Part shown: positions 1-9,498 of the stretch, in pieces
How the letters are laid out: each line of letters opens with the position of its first letter
Position numbering within the stretch: position 1 is the stretch's first letter
Assembly: GCA_902767155.1 (NCBI GenBank)
Contig: CACXGC010000118.1
Coordinates: 1-49,954, forward strand
DNA: 49,954 nucleotides
Reading direction: 5' to 3'
From: an uncultured Ruminococcus sp.
GTDB lineage: Bacteria; Bacillota; Clostridia; Oscillospirales; Acutalibacteraceae
Position numbers and translations under genes: made by a program
The notes under the pieces: model-generated
What the model saw: the letters and a program-made list of their open reading frames with translations, nothing else
The model's database searches: none
Told to the model about the DNA's origin: nothing

Positions 1-132
1 CCATACTTTTCTCACTTTTCGTTAATTTTATCATGTATTTCAAAATGAAAAACATAAGTATGGTTGAGTCTCTCAAATCTATAGAATAAAATGCTGCTTA
101 TCACACTGGTAGAAAATACCTGCTAAAGAAAT

Positions 133-161
133 TTGCAAAATTACCGTGATTTCTTTAAACT
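133..161 (+). promoter_or_regulatory. possible sigma-A promoter upstream of the ABC ATPase gene
   Basis: TTGCAA (133-138), 17 bp spacer, TAAACT (156-161). The -10 is weak. It lies ~70 nt upstream of the chosen start codon. Confidence 0.25.
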
Positions 162-233
162 TTCTCTTGTGCTGTAATAATTGTGTATCATGCGGAAAAA
201 CTATTATTACCTATCGACATGAGGAGAGTTTTT

Positions 234-932
234 ATGACGCATATAATATCGTTGGAAAATATTTCAAGAAATTATGTAACAAAGGGAGAAAAAATCTGTG
301 CTCTCAAAAATATAAATCTTACAGTAGATAAAGGCGAATTCGTTGCTATTGTTGGTCAATCGGGTTCGGGAAAATCCACATTGATGAACATTCTCGGCTG
401 TCTTGACGTTCCATCAAAAGGAAAATATTATCTTGATGGTATGGAGCTTACCTCATTCAACGAAAAAAAACTTGCTTTTGTCCGAAGCAGAATTATAGGA
501 TTTATTTTTCAGAGCTTTAATCTCATTCCTACTCTCAATGCTGTAGAAAATGTGGAACTTCCGCTATTGTACCGAAAAATACCTAAATCAAAACGTCTTT
601 ATGCTGCCGAAAAAGCACTCGATACAGTGGGCCTTTCAGCAAGAAAACAACACCTTCCGAGCGAACTTTCCGGCGGTCAACAGCAGCGTGTTGCAATTGC
701 AAGAGCTATTGCCGCAGAACCTGAAATTCTTTTAGCTGACGAACCTACAGGAAGTTTGGATAAAAAATCCGGCAGTGATGTACTCTCTATTATTCGTGAC
801 ATGAATAAAAACGGTGTTACAATTATAATGATAACACATGATGAATCTGTTGCTGATATGGCACAAAGAAAGATACGAATTTCCGATGGGGAAATTATTT
901 CTCAGTGCGCTCCGTCCTGCTCGGCATATTAA
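234..932 (+). CDS. ABC transporter ATP-binding protein (MacB/LolD-like ATPase)
   Basis: From ORF 183..932. Start moved to ATG 234 (MTHIISLENI), which is preceded by GAGGAGAG at 221-228. Walker A GQSGSGKST, ABC signature LSGGQQQRVAIARA, Walker B ILLADEPTGSLD, H-loop ITHD. Confidence 0.9.
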   Translation: MTHIISLENISRNYVTKGEKICALKNINLTVDKGEFVAIVGQSGSGKSTLMNILGCLDVPSKGKYYLDGMELTSFNEKKLAFVRSRIIGFIFQSFNLIPTLNAVENVELPLLYRKIPKSKRLYAAEKALDTVGLSARKQHLPSELSGGQQQRVAIARAIAAEPEILLADEPTGSLDKKSGSDVLSIIRDMNKNGVTIIMITHDESVADMAQRKIRISDGEIISQCAPSCSAY

Positions 933-999
933 ATAAAAATTAACACTTTATTTACAGCAAGTTTAATAAAAAAATAGCGGCTTTTCTGTAAAAAATAGG

Positions 1000-1027
1000 T
1001 TGACATCTGACCGAAATGTGATATAAT
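1000..1027 (+). promoter_or_regulatory. near-consensus sigma-A promoter with extended -10
   Basis: TTGACA (1000-1005), 16 bp spacer, TGaTATAAT (1019-1027). Located ~57 nt upstream of the ATG at 1085. Confidence 0.7.
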
Positions 1028-1084
1028 AAGCTTAGCAGGAACAAAAAACCTGTATATTCATTTTAGTTCAGGAGGTAATATATT

Positions 1085-1330
1085 ATGGCATCAATCGAAT
1101 TACATGACGTAGACGTTCAGGCTTTCCTTGCGGAAATTGATACTTGTGAGGGTGACGTATTTCTCGTAACCGACGAAGGCGACCGTCTTAACCTTAAAAG
1201 CAAACTCTGCCAGCTTATCGGTCTCACAAAGCTTATCGAAGGCGGCAAAATATCCGATGCACACATCGAGTGCCAGAAGCCCGGAGATGAAACAAAACTC
1301 TACCGTTTTAACATTTTTGGCAAGAAGTGA
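1085..1330 (+). CDS. small HPr-like protein (degenerate PTS-HPr fold), function unknown
   Basis: 81 aa. AGGAGG lies 8 nt upstream. By-eye alignment to HPr: LH7 matches the position of LH15, NLKS36-39 matches the NLKS46 region, and PGDE lies near the C-terminus. The HARP loop is replaced by HDVD. Confidence 0.5.
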   Translation: MASIELHDVDVQAFLAEIDTCEGDVFLVTDEGDRLNLKSKLCQLIGLTKLIEGGKISDAHIECQKPGDETKLYRFNIFGKK

Positions 1331-1345
1331 TTTATCCGTCATTTG

Positions 1346-1377
1346 CGCATACCGTTTCACAGCGGTATGCGTTTTTT
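1346..1377 (+). terminator. rho-independent terminator of the HPr-like gene
   Basis: 9-bp stem CGCATACCG / CGGTATGCG (1346-1354 / 1363-1371) followed by TTTTTT. Confidence 0.8.
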
Positions 1378-1420
1378 GGTTATTTGCGTATAGTATCGGA
1401 AAGTCTACAAATAATAAATA

Positions 1421-1447
1421 CAGACCGCTCTATGAAACTGCGGTCTG
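1421..1447 (-). terminator. probable terminator hairpin downstream of parC
   Basis: Stem CAGACCGC / GCGGTCTG with an 11-nt loop. On the minus strand it is followed by a T-rich tract (TATTTATTATTTG). Confidence 0.5.
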
Positions 1448-1467
1448 TAAAATAATAATTCTGTCTT

Positions 1468-1497
1468 CTCCGCTGTCCAAATCAGCGGAGTTTTTTT
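1468..1497 (+). terminator. plus-strand intrinsic terminator-like hairpin overlapping the parC stop codon
   Basis: Stem CTCCGCTG / CAGCGGAG plus T7 on the + strand. There is no U-tract on the minus strand. Confidence 0.55.
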
Positions 1498-3733
1498 ATG
1501 ATATCGGTATCTGTTCCGCTTCGAGACTTTTTGGAAACTGTCCCATAGACGGCAAAGTTTTTGCTCTGTATCTTTCCGGATCGCTGAGTATATCTTCTTT
1601 GAGAAGTCTTGCGGAAATCACCCTATGACCTTTCTTTTGCTTCATAACAGCAACACCTTGTGTTGTTCGTGAAGTTTTTGTAAGAATGTCACAAGCTCTG
1701 AACACTAATGCCCTTCCGGATGTAGAAATCAATACCACATCCGAATCATCGTCAGGTACATAACATACAGCTGCAAGTCTTTCTTTTTCGCAATAAGCAC
1801 CTGTCAGCTTTTTACGGTTTGTTTTTGTCGCATATGACTCAAGCGGCACTTTTGCAACTTTTCCGCTTTCAAAAACAAAGAAAACAAAGCCGGAATAATC
1901 TTTTGTCGGTATCATATATATAGCGTTTTCGCCTTCGTCAAAGCCAAGTTTCGACGGAATATAATCGCCAAGTACGCTTGTTTTGGTATCTGCAAAGTCA
2001 GACGCTTTGCTTTTGAATGCCTTTGCCCTGTCCGTGAAAAATATCAGGTCTGTGTTATTTGTCGTCTCAAAATGTTGTGTTATCTCGTCCCCGTCTTTGA
2101 GCTTATGTTCTCCGCTCATACGAAGTGAAAGCGGTGTTATTTTCTTGAAGTAGCCTTCCCTGGTAAAGAAAATGTTTACAGCATAATCCGGAACTTCCTC
2201 TTTTATTTCGTCATCAGCAATATCTTCTGCATAAATTATCATACTGCGGCGTGGCTGCCCGTATTTTTCAGCTATTTCCGAAAGCTCACGGATTATTATA
2301 TTCTTAATTTTGGTCTTGCTGTTAAGAATCGCTTCAAGCTCTGAGATTTCTTTTTCAAGCTGAGATATATCCTGTGTTCTTTTCAGAATATATTCCCTGT
2401 TAAGTTGTCTGAGTTTTATCTCCGCAACATATTCCGCCTGAACTTCGTCTATATCAAATCCGCTCATCAGATTCGGCACTACCATATTTTCCTCTTCCGT
2501 ACTACGGATAATATTTATTGCCTTGTCAATGTCAAGCAGTATTTTTTCAAGACCTCGAAGAAGATGAAGTTTCTCCTGTTTTTTATGCAGATCGTAGTAA
2601 GTTCTTCGCCTTACACATTCAATGCGGAAAGCTGCCCATTCGCTGAGCAATTCTCTTATGCCCATTACTTTCGGAGTTCCGGCTATCAGAACATTGAAAT
2701 TGCACGAAAAAGTATCTTCAAGCGGTGTCAGCTTATAAAGCTTAGCCATAAGTTTTTCAGGGTCTGTGCTGCGTTTAAGATCTATTGTTATCTTGAGACC
2801 ATCTATTCCAGTTTCGTCACGGATATCTGATATTTCCTTAACTTTTCCACTTTTTACAAGTTCTATTACTTTTTCTATTATAGCCTCTGAGGTGGTTGTT
2901 TGGGGTATAGAAAGAATGTCTATGCAATTTGAAAATTTATCGTATACATATCGTCCACGCAGACGTATGCTTCCTCTGCCTGTTTCATACACATTTTCCA
3001 GTGCTTTTCTGTCATAAATTATCTGCGCACCACCCGTAAAATCAGGTGCAACCAGTGTTGACATTATGTCGAATTCAGGATCACGAAGCAATCCTATTGT
3101 TGTCTGACACACTTCCGATAAATTGAAAGAACAGATTGAGCTTGCCATACCTACTGCAATACCTGTATTTGCGTTCACAAGTACAGAAGGAAATGCTGCC
3201 GGAAGTAAAGTTGGTTCTTTCATCGTATTATCATAGTTATCAACAAAATCGACAGTATCTTTGTCTATATCCCTGAACAGTTCATTACATATCGGGTCAA
3301 GCTTTGCTTCCGTATATCTTGACGCTGCCCACGCCATATCACGGCTGTAAAATTTACCGAAATTTCCTTTAGAGTCAACAAACGGATGTAAAAGTGCCTC
3401 ATATCCCCGGCTCAGTCTTACCATTGTATCATATATTGCCGCATCACCGTGGGGATTCAGTTTCATTGTCTGTCCAACTATGTTTGCCGATTTCGTTCTC
3501 GCCGAACCAAGCAGACCCATCTTGTACATAGTATAAAGCAGTTTTCGGTGTGACGGTTTAAATCCGTCTATCTCAGGTATAGCACGGCTCAGTATAATAC
3601 TCATCGCATACGGCATAAAATTCCCTTGGAGCGTAGAAATTATATTTTCTTCCACTATTTCGCCCGCACCGGCTATATATCCCTGCATTTTCGGCTCGGC
3701 AGCAGCCTTTTTCGATGTTTTTTTTCTTGCCAT
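1496..3733 (-). CDS. parC: type IIA topoisomerase subunit A (topoisomerase IV ParC-like / GyrA family)
   Basis: 745 aa. Motifs RAIPEIDGFKPSHRKLLY and NPHGDAAIYDTMVRLS; catalytic Tyr region AASRYTEAKL. It is shorter than a typical GyrA and lies directly downstream of the B subunit gene. Gyrase versus topo IV cannot be settled by eye. Confidence 0.8.
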   Translation of the reverse strand: MARKKTSKKAAAEPKMQGYIAGAGEIVEENIISTLQGNFMPYAMSIILSRAIPEIDGFKPSHRKLLYTMYKMGLLGSARTKSANIVGQTMKLNPHGDAAIYDTMVRLSRGYEALLHPFVDSKGNFGKFYSRDMAWAASRYTEAKLDPICNELFRDIDKDTVDFVDNYDNTMKEPTLLPAAFPSVLVNANTGIAVGMASSICSFNLSEVCQTTIGLLRDPEFDIMSTLVAPDFTGGAQIIYDRKALENVYETGRGSIRLRGRYVYDKFSNCIDILSIPQTTTSEAIIEKVIELVKSGKVKEISDIRDETGIDGLKITIDLKRSTDPEKLMAKLYKLTPLEDTFSCNFNVLIAGTPKVMGIRELLSEWAAFRIECVRRRTYYDLHKKQEKLHLLRGLEKILLDIDKAINIIRSTEEENMVVPNLMSGFDIDEVQAEYVAEIKLRQLNREYILKRTQDISQLEKEISELEAILNSKTKIKNIIIRELSEIAEKYGQPRRSMIIYAEDIADDEIKEEVPDYAVNIFFTREGYFKKITPLSLRMSGEHKLKDGDEITQHFETTNNTDLIFFTDRAKAFKSKASDFADTKTSVLGDYIPSKLGFDEGENAIYMIPTKDYSGFVFFVFESGKVAKVPLESYATKTNRKKLTGAYCEKERLAAVCYVPDDDSDVVLISTSGRALVFRACDILTKTSRTTQGVAVMKQKKGHRVISARLLKEDILSDPERYRAKTLPSMGQFPKSLEAEQIPIS

Positions 3734-3827
3734 AAAGTTCCTTCTCCTAATGTCTTTTTCTGTAAATCGACCCGCCCTGATTTTTTAGCTTATGCTCAAA
3801 TCATGGTATTTTACTGTTGAAAATGTA

Positions 3828-5819
3828 TTACGATACATCAAGGTCATCAATATATTTCGCACCGTTTTCTATAATATAATCACGGCGAACTGCTAAATTA
3901 TCTCCGAGAAGAATATCAAACATTTCCGATGTCTTTGCAGCATCATCAGGCATTACCTTTATGAGTCTGCGTGTTAAAGGATTCATCGTTGTCAGGCTCA
4001 TCATCTCCGGCTCATTTTCACCAAGTCCTTTTGAACGCTGTATAGTGAATTTTCGATCGCCTATTTTCTTTATGAACTGTTCTTTTTCCGATTCCGTGTA
4101 GGCAAAATATACTTTATCCTTTGCAGTTATTTCATACAGCGGCGACTCTGCTATATACACTTTTCCTTCTTTTATCAAAGTCGGCGCAAGTCTGTATATC
4201 ATTGTCAACAGTAATGTACGAATGTGAAATCCGTCAACATCCGCATCCGTACAGAATATTATCTTATTCCAGCGCAAAAGTTCCATATCAAATGTAGCTA
4301 ATTCTTTATTAGCCTTTGATTTGACTTCTACACCACAGCCAAGAACTTTAAGAAGATCTGTTATTATCTCGCTTTTGAATATCTTGTTATAATCGGCTTT
4401 AAGACAGTTCAGTATTTTTCCCCTGATAGGCATTATTGCCTGAAAATCAGGATTTCTTGCCTGCTTACACGCTCCGAGCGCAGAATCTCCCTCAACAATA
4501 AAAAGTTCTCTCTCAGATTTATCTTTGCTGCGGCAATCGACAAACTTTGCAACACGTCCTGTCATATCCATATTACCGGCAAGCGTCTTTTTTATATTCA
4601 GTCTTGTCTTTTCTGCACTCTCACGGCTGCGCTTATTTATAAGAACCTGTGCTGCTATCTTTTCAGCATCAAGCTTATTCTCAATAAAATATACTTCAAG
4701 TTGGTGACGAAGATATTCTGTCATTGCATCTTGTATACCCTTATTGTTTATAGCCTTTTTCGTCTGGTTCTCATATGAAGTAACACTGGAAAATGATGAT
4801 ATAACTATAACAAGGCAGTCTTTCACATCATCAATATTTATTTTTGCCTCATTTTTTGTATATTTTCCATTAGCTTTCAGATAATTGTCGATAGAATAGA
4901 CAAAAGCATTTTTTACCGCTTTTTCAGGTGCGCCGCCGTATTCGAGCCATGATGAATTATGATAGTATTCCGCTGTGCTGACCTTATTTGAAAATGCAAG
5001 CGAGATATTTATCTTTGTTTTATACTCCGGCTTATCCTCACGGTCACGAACCATTCGCTCTGTCTGCCAGAATTGTACAGATGAAAGAGCATCTTCTCCA
5101 ACCAGTTCTCTAACATGATCTTCTATGCCGTTCTGATAAAGAAATTCCTTTTCGTCAAACTTACCCTCAGCATTTTCCGAACGATACAGAAAACGTATTC
5201 CGGCATTGACTATTGCCTGTCGCCTGATGGTATCTTCAAAATAGTCATCCGTGATATTTATATCAGTAAAAACGTCTATGTCAGGCTTCCATTTTATTTT
5301 TGTACCGGTTTTTTTACCTCTGTACTCTTCACGCAAAAGACCTCCGACATTTTCCCCGTGCTCAAAATGCAGTTTGAACAAAGTCCCATCTCTTTTTATT
5401 TCGACATCCATATACTCGGAAGAATACTGTGTAGAACAAAGTCCCAAACCGTTAAGACCAAGCGAAAATTCATAATTTTCCGCTTCGTTATTATTATATT
5501 TGCCGCCGGCATAAAGTTCGCAGAATACCAATTCCCAGTTATAACGCTCTTCATTCTTGTTATAATCAACCGGTATACCACGCCCGAAATCTTCTATTTC
5601 AATAGAATGGTCTAAAAATTTTGTGATTATTATTTCCTTTCCATATCCTTCTCGCGCCTCATCTATTGAATTGGAAAGTATTTCAAAGGCTGAGTGCTGA
5701 CAGCCCTCGATACCATCCGAACCGAATATTACTGCCGGACGTTTTCTTACTCTGTCGGCACCCTTCAATGTAACAATACTTTCATTGCCGTAAACTTGTG
5801 TTTCCTTTTTACCCGCCAA
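3828..5819 (-). CDS. parE: type IIA topoisomerase subunit B (ParE/GyrB family)
   Basis: 663 aa. TTG start at 5819 with GAGGGA 5 nt upstream. GHKL ATPase motifs (EILSNSIDEA, GLNGLG) and Toprim motifs (ELFIVEGDSA, CTDADVDG). Confidence 0.85.
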   Translation of the reverse strand: MAGKKETQVYGNESIVTLKGADRVRKRPAVIFGSDGIEGCQHSAFEILSNSIDEAREGYGKEIIITKFLDHSIEIEDFGRGIPVDYNKNEERYNWELVFCELYAGGKYNNNEAENYEFSLGLNGLGLCSTQYSSEYMDVEIKRDGTLFKLHFEHGENVGGLLREEYRGKKTGTKIKWKPDIDVFTDINITDDYFEDTIRRQAIVNAGIRFLYRSENAEGKFDEKEFLYQNGIEDHVRELVGEDALSSVQFWQTERMVRDREDKPEYKTKINISLAFSNKVSTAEYYHNSSWLEYGGAPEKAVKNAFVYSIDNYLKANGKYTKNEAKINIDDVKDCLVIVISSFSSVTSYENQTKKAINNKGIQDAMTEYLRHQLEVYFIENKLDAEKIAAQVLINKRSRESAEKTRLNIKKTLAGNMDMTGRVAKFVDCRSKDKSERELFIVEGDSALGACKQARNPDFQAIMPIRGKILNCLKADYNKIFKSEIITDLLKVLGCGVEVKSKANKELATFDMELLRWNKIIFCTDADVDGFHIRTLLLTMIYRLAPTLIKEGKVYIAESPLYEITAKDKVYFAYTESEKEQFIKKIGDRKFTIQRSKGLGENEPEMMSLTTMNPLTRRLIKVMPDDAAKTSEMFDILLGDNLAVRRDYIIENGAKYIDDLDVS

Positions 5820-5839
5820 ACTATTCCCTCTTTTCGATA

Positions 5840-6196
5840 TTAATCATCATGGTGTACTGTGATGCCAATATCACTGAATTCTAATTGTCTGATATTTTCA
5901 AGACCTTCCGGTGAAGCTGTTCCCACATTTTCACCCTCACGGCTGATAAAATCAAGACCTGTAACATTTGAATCACCGTCAGAAAATGTATTTTTCTTTC
6001 TAACAAATTCAAGTCCGGTAACACCATGATCTTCACTGTCTGAAATATCATTGCTTAGTTTTCTGATAAAACCAAAGTCAGGCATTTCAGCTATCGGAAC
6101 TTCTTTTTTCTTATTGAAGTCAAGACCTGTTACTCTGATTTCTTCACTGTCATTATTATCCTTTTTTTTAATTTTGTCAAGACCTGTGATTTCCAT
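5840..6196 (-). CDS. hypothetical acidic repeat protein with about five [VI]TGL[DE] motifs
   Basis: 118 aa counted from ATG 6196, with GGAGAG 6 nt upstream; the track ORF starts at 6241. Sequence MEITGLDKIKKK..VTGLDFNKKK..VTGLEFVRKK..VTGLDFISRE..EGLENIRQLE. Sits 48 nt after uvrB and 20 nt before parE. Confidence 0.65.
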   Translation of the reverse strand: MEITGLDKIKKKDNNDSEEIRVTGLDFNKKKEVPIAEMPDFGFIRKLSNDISDSEDHGVTGLEFVRKKNTFSDGDSNVTGLDFISREGENVGTASPEGLENIRQLEFSDIGITVHHDD

Positions 6197-6244
6197 TTTT
6201 TGCTCTCCTTTCAAAATAATGTACAATAATTTGTGCAGCATGAC

Positions 6245-8200
6245 TCATTCCTGTAATTCTTTTATTTTGTCTCTCAGATATGCAGCGTGTTCAAATTCCA
6301 GAAGTTTGGCAGCTGTTTTCATTTCCTTAGTAAGCTGAGTAATAAGTTTTTCTCTTTCCGCCTTGCTCATTTTTGTTTTATTTCTCATCTTCTCATCAGT
6401 TTTTGAAGATATCTCTATTATATCATTAACCCTTTTGGTTATAGTTTTCGGAATGATTCCATGTTCAGCATTATACTCCATTTGTATCTTGCGGCGGCGT
6501 TCTGTCTCACTGATAGCTTTTTCCATTGAATCCGTCACCGAATCGGCATACATTATAACTTTTCCTTCGGCATTTCGTGCTGCTCGTCCTATTGTCTGTA
6601 TCAAAGAGCGATCACTTCTCAGAAATCCTTCTTTATCCGCATCCAAAATGGCGACTAACGAAACTTCCGGAATATCAAGACCTTCACGCAGAAGGTTTAT
6701 ACCGACAAGAACATCAAATTCCCCAAGACGGAGATCTCTGATTATTTCCATTCGCTCAACTGTATCAATATCGTGATGCATATAGCGTACTTTTATTCCC
6801 ATTGTGATAAAATAATCTGTCAGATCCTCAGCCATCTTTTTTGTAAGTGTTGTTACAAGTACACGCTGTTTTTTCTCCACACAGGTATTTATCTCCGATA
6901 TCAGGTCGTCAAGCTGTCCTTCAACCGGACGTACACTTATTTCCGGATCAAGCAAACCTGTAGGGCGTATTACCTGCTCGGCAATGACCGCACTGTTTTT
7001 CAGTTCTAATTCTCCCGGAGTAGCACTAACAAAAACCGCCTGATTTATATGACTATAGAATTCATCAAAATTCAGGGGACGATTATCAAATGCCGACGGC
7101 AGACGAAATCCAAATTCTACGAGATTCTCTTTTCTTCCTCTGTCACCGCCACACATTCCCTTGACCTGCGGAAGCATTACATGAGATTCATCTACAAACA
7201 AAAGATAATCTTCCGGAAAATAATCAAGCAGAGTATAAGGAACTGAACCGGGCTTTCTTCCCGAAAGTACACGAGAATAATTTTCTATGCCGCGACAGAA
7301 ACCTATTTCTGTAAGCATTTCGATATCGTAATTCGTCCTTTCCTGAATACGCTGTGCTTCGATAAGTTTTCCCTTTGACTTGAAAAACTCCACTCTCTCC
7401 TGCATTTCTGCCTCGATTTCCTTTACAGCAATATCAATTTTCTCTTTCGGAACAATATAATGTGATGCCGGATAAATTGCCGCATGACGAAGAACTGCTT
7501 TTACTTCTCCGTTCAGCGGATTGACCTCGCTTATTCTATCTATCTCATCTCCGAAAAATTCCACACGAATTACAGATTCAGACGAATATGCAGGAAATAT
7601 TTCCACCACATCGCCACGTACACGGAATTTATTTCGTGAAAAGTCAACGTCATTCCGGTCATATTGCAATTCTACGAGTTTTTTGAGCAATTCATCACGG
7701 TTTTTTTCCATTCCGGGGCGAAGTGATATAACCATATTGCGGTAATCAATAGGATTTCCTAAAGTATAAATACATGATACGCTTGCAACTATGATAACAT
7801 CGCGGCGTTCCGAAAGTGCGAGTGTTGCGGAATGGCGGAGCTTGTCAATTTCGTCATTGATAGAGCTGTCCTTTTCGATATAAGTATCAGTTGTAGGAAC
7901 ATATGCTTCCGGCTGGTAATAGTCATAGTATGAAACAAAGTATTCCACCGCATTATCCGGAAAGAATGCACGAAATTCCTCACAAAGCTGTGCTGCCAGT
8001 GTTTTATTATGTGCCAAAACAAGAGTTGGACGGTTTAATTCAGCAATAACATTTGCCATAGTAAAAGTTTTTCCTGAACCTGTCACACCGAGCAATGTCT
8101 GTTCCTTGTTGCCTGCATTTATGCTGTCAATTAGCATTTTGATAGCTTTTGGCTGATCTCCTGTAGGCTTATAATCTGATATCAGTTTAAACTTATCCAT
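6245..8200 (-). CDS. uvrB: excinuclease ABC subunit B
   Basis: Motifs [15 protein letters not shown] and VDESH, helicase C motifs, and a C-terminal UVR motif ([15 protein letters not shown]). ATG 8200 (MDKFKL) matches homologue N-termini and has GGTGA 5 nt upstream. The alternative ATG 8212 overlaps the upstream stop (ATGGTGA). Confidence 0.95.
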   Translation of the reverse strand: MDKFKLISDYKPTGDQPKAIKMLIDSINAGNKEQTLLGVTGSGKTFTMANVIAELNRPTLVLAHNKTLAAQLCEEFRAFFPDNAVEYFVSYYDYYQPEAYVPTTDTYIEKDSSINDEIDKLRHSATLALSERRDVIIVASVSCIYTLGNPIDYRNMVISLRPGMEKNRDELLKKLVELQYDRNDVDFSRNKFRVRGDVVEIFPAYSSESVIRVEFFGDEIDRISEVNPLNGEVKAVLRHAAIYPASHYIVPKEKIDIAVKEIEAEMQERVEFFKSKGKLIEAQRIQERTNYDIEMLTEIGFCRGIENYSRVLSGRKPGSVPYTLLDYFPEDYLLFVDESHVMLPQVKGMCGGDRGRKENLVEFGFRLPSAFDNRPLNFDEFYSHINQAVFVSATPGELELKNSAVIAEQVIRPTGLLDPEISVRPVEGQLDDLISEINTCVEKKQRVLVTTLTKKMAEDLTDYFITMGIKVRYMHHDIDTVERMEIIRDLRLGEFDVLVGINLLREGLDIPEVSLVAILDADKEGFLRSDRSLIQTIGRAARNAEGKVIMYADSVTDSMEKAISETERRRKIQMEYNAEHGIIPKTITKRVNDIIEISSKTDEKMRNKTKMSKAEREKLITQLTKEMKTAAKLLEFEHAAYLRDKIKELQE

Positions 8201-8205
8201 TTCTA

Positions 8206-8910
8206 TCACCATACTTTGAGCATATTTTCCGGCAAACCGTCTTCTGCCAAAACATTTCGCACAAGGTTGTACCAGCTTTTACAGTAATCAAGAATTATTG
8301 CATCACCCGAAATAACATTTTCATGTTTCTTCAATTCGTGGTCAACCTCATTAATAACTACTGTTTCTGTTTGAAACTGCATGTCCTCAAACAGATCTTT
8401 TATCATTTGCGCAAGCCTTCCGGAATTCGATACAGGTTTGTCAAGATAAAATATCGCTCTGCCAATTTTCTGACGGCATAATTCCCTGCCGATTGCTTTA
8501 AGAGCAATTTCTGTTTTATCTACAATGCGGTATGTCCCACGCAATCCTGCAAGATCACGCACACAACCATCCATACAGTCAAAAACCGGACTGCCTGAAT
8601 ACGCAACTTCAAGAGTAATTATTGTATTAAAACCGTCAATATGTACTGTACAGCCATCACTCAAAGAAGAAAGTTCTCTATTTTTGCGCTGTTCCAGCAT
8701 TTCTGAACATGATACACTGCGAACAAGTGCGAGACGCTGACGTTCAGACAAAAGATAGTGATCTCCAACAAAAACAGATGCTGATTTTATCGGATAACCG
8801 TTATCTATCAGATATTTTATATCATTTGCTGCTTTTTTAAGCATAACAACAGAATTATAAGAAAAATTTTTTTCGTCTTCGGGAACATAACCACGTTTTA
8901 CTGTCTTCAT
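8206..8910 (-). CDS. DUF434-like protein with C-terminal NYN/PIN-like putative nuclease domain
   Basis: 234 aa from ATG 8910, with GGTGGGG 6 nt upstream. The N-terminal pattern [30 protein letters not shown] recalls DUF434. The C-terminal half has VHIDGFNTI and VISGDAII, like the DGYN / TSD motifs of YacP/Rae1-type NYN domains. Confidence 0.55.
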   Translation of the reverse strand: MKTVKRGYVPEDEKNFSYNSVVMLKKAANDIKYLIDNGYPIKSASVFVGDHYLLSERQRLALVRSVSCSEMLEQRKNRELSSLSDGCTVHIDGFNTIITLEVAYSGSPVFDCMDGCVRDLAGLRGTYRIVDKTEIALKAIGRELCRQKIGRAIFYLDKPVSNSGRLAQMIKDLFEDMQFQTETVVINEVDHELKKHENVISGDAIILDYCKSWYNLVRNVLAEDGLPENMLKVW

Positions 8911-8952
8911 TTCACGCCCCACCTACAGAATCGTCTGCCATCTCTATAAAAG

Positions 8953-9498
8953 TCATATTTCACCAAAAAAGCTTTCTATGTGATCTCTGAAAATATCATT
9001 CAATGGCATAGTTGAGCCGCTATGTTTTCCATCCGGAACTACTATATATCTCTCATTCTGAAATATTTGCCTTGTAAAATCATGAGTATCTATAAGCTCA
9101 TCCTGTCCGCCGACTATAGTTGAAACAAGCTGACTGTCAACATCTGCTATTCCGGAAAATAAACGGATATACTCAAGAACTCCGTCATCGTTGCGATAGC
9201 CGAGTCTTGGCAAATGCAAAAACGGCATAAGACACGGATTTACAAGAACACACGGACATTCGTTCTTTACACTTATAAGAGCCGCAAAAAATCCACCAAG
9301 ACTCGTTCCTACAACTGCATTGCAAAAATTATTCGTAAACTGGCTGTTTAGCAGCTGCATAACAGTTTCAGGCGAAGTTCTGTCATAATCTATTTGCAGT
9401 GAAATTATATCAAAGTTACACTGCTGCAAAGCTTCATAAGAACTGTTTGCAGCATTTCCATGATATCCATGAATATTGAGTACCTTCAATTGGAACAC
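8953..9498 (-). CDS. YqiA/UPF0227-type alpha/beta hydrolase (esterase)
   Basis: LNIHGYHG near the N-terminus, nucleophile elbow GTSLGG, and DGKHS near the C-terminus. Start is GTG 9498, or TTG 9489, which overlaps the upstream TGA (TTGA). Confidence 0.7.
   Translation of the reverse strand: MFQLKVLNIHGYHGNAANSSYEALQQCNFDIISLQIDYDRTSPETVMQLLNSQFTNNFCNAVVGTSLGGFFAALISVKNECPCVLVNPCLMPFLHLPRLGYRNDDGVLEYIRLFSGIADVDSQLVSTIVGGQDELIDTHDFTRQIFQNERYIVVPDGKHSGSTMPLNDIFRDHIESFFGEI

Noticed and set aside
183-233. Longer N-terminus for the ABC ATPase (track start at 183).
   Set aside because: The extension has no SD and does not resemble ABC ATPase N-termini. ATG 234 has GAGGAGAG upstream and gives the usual short lead-in to the Walker A motif.
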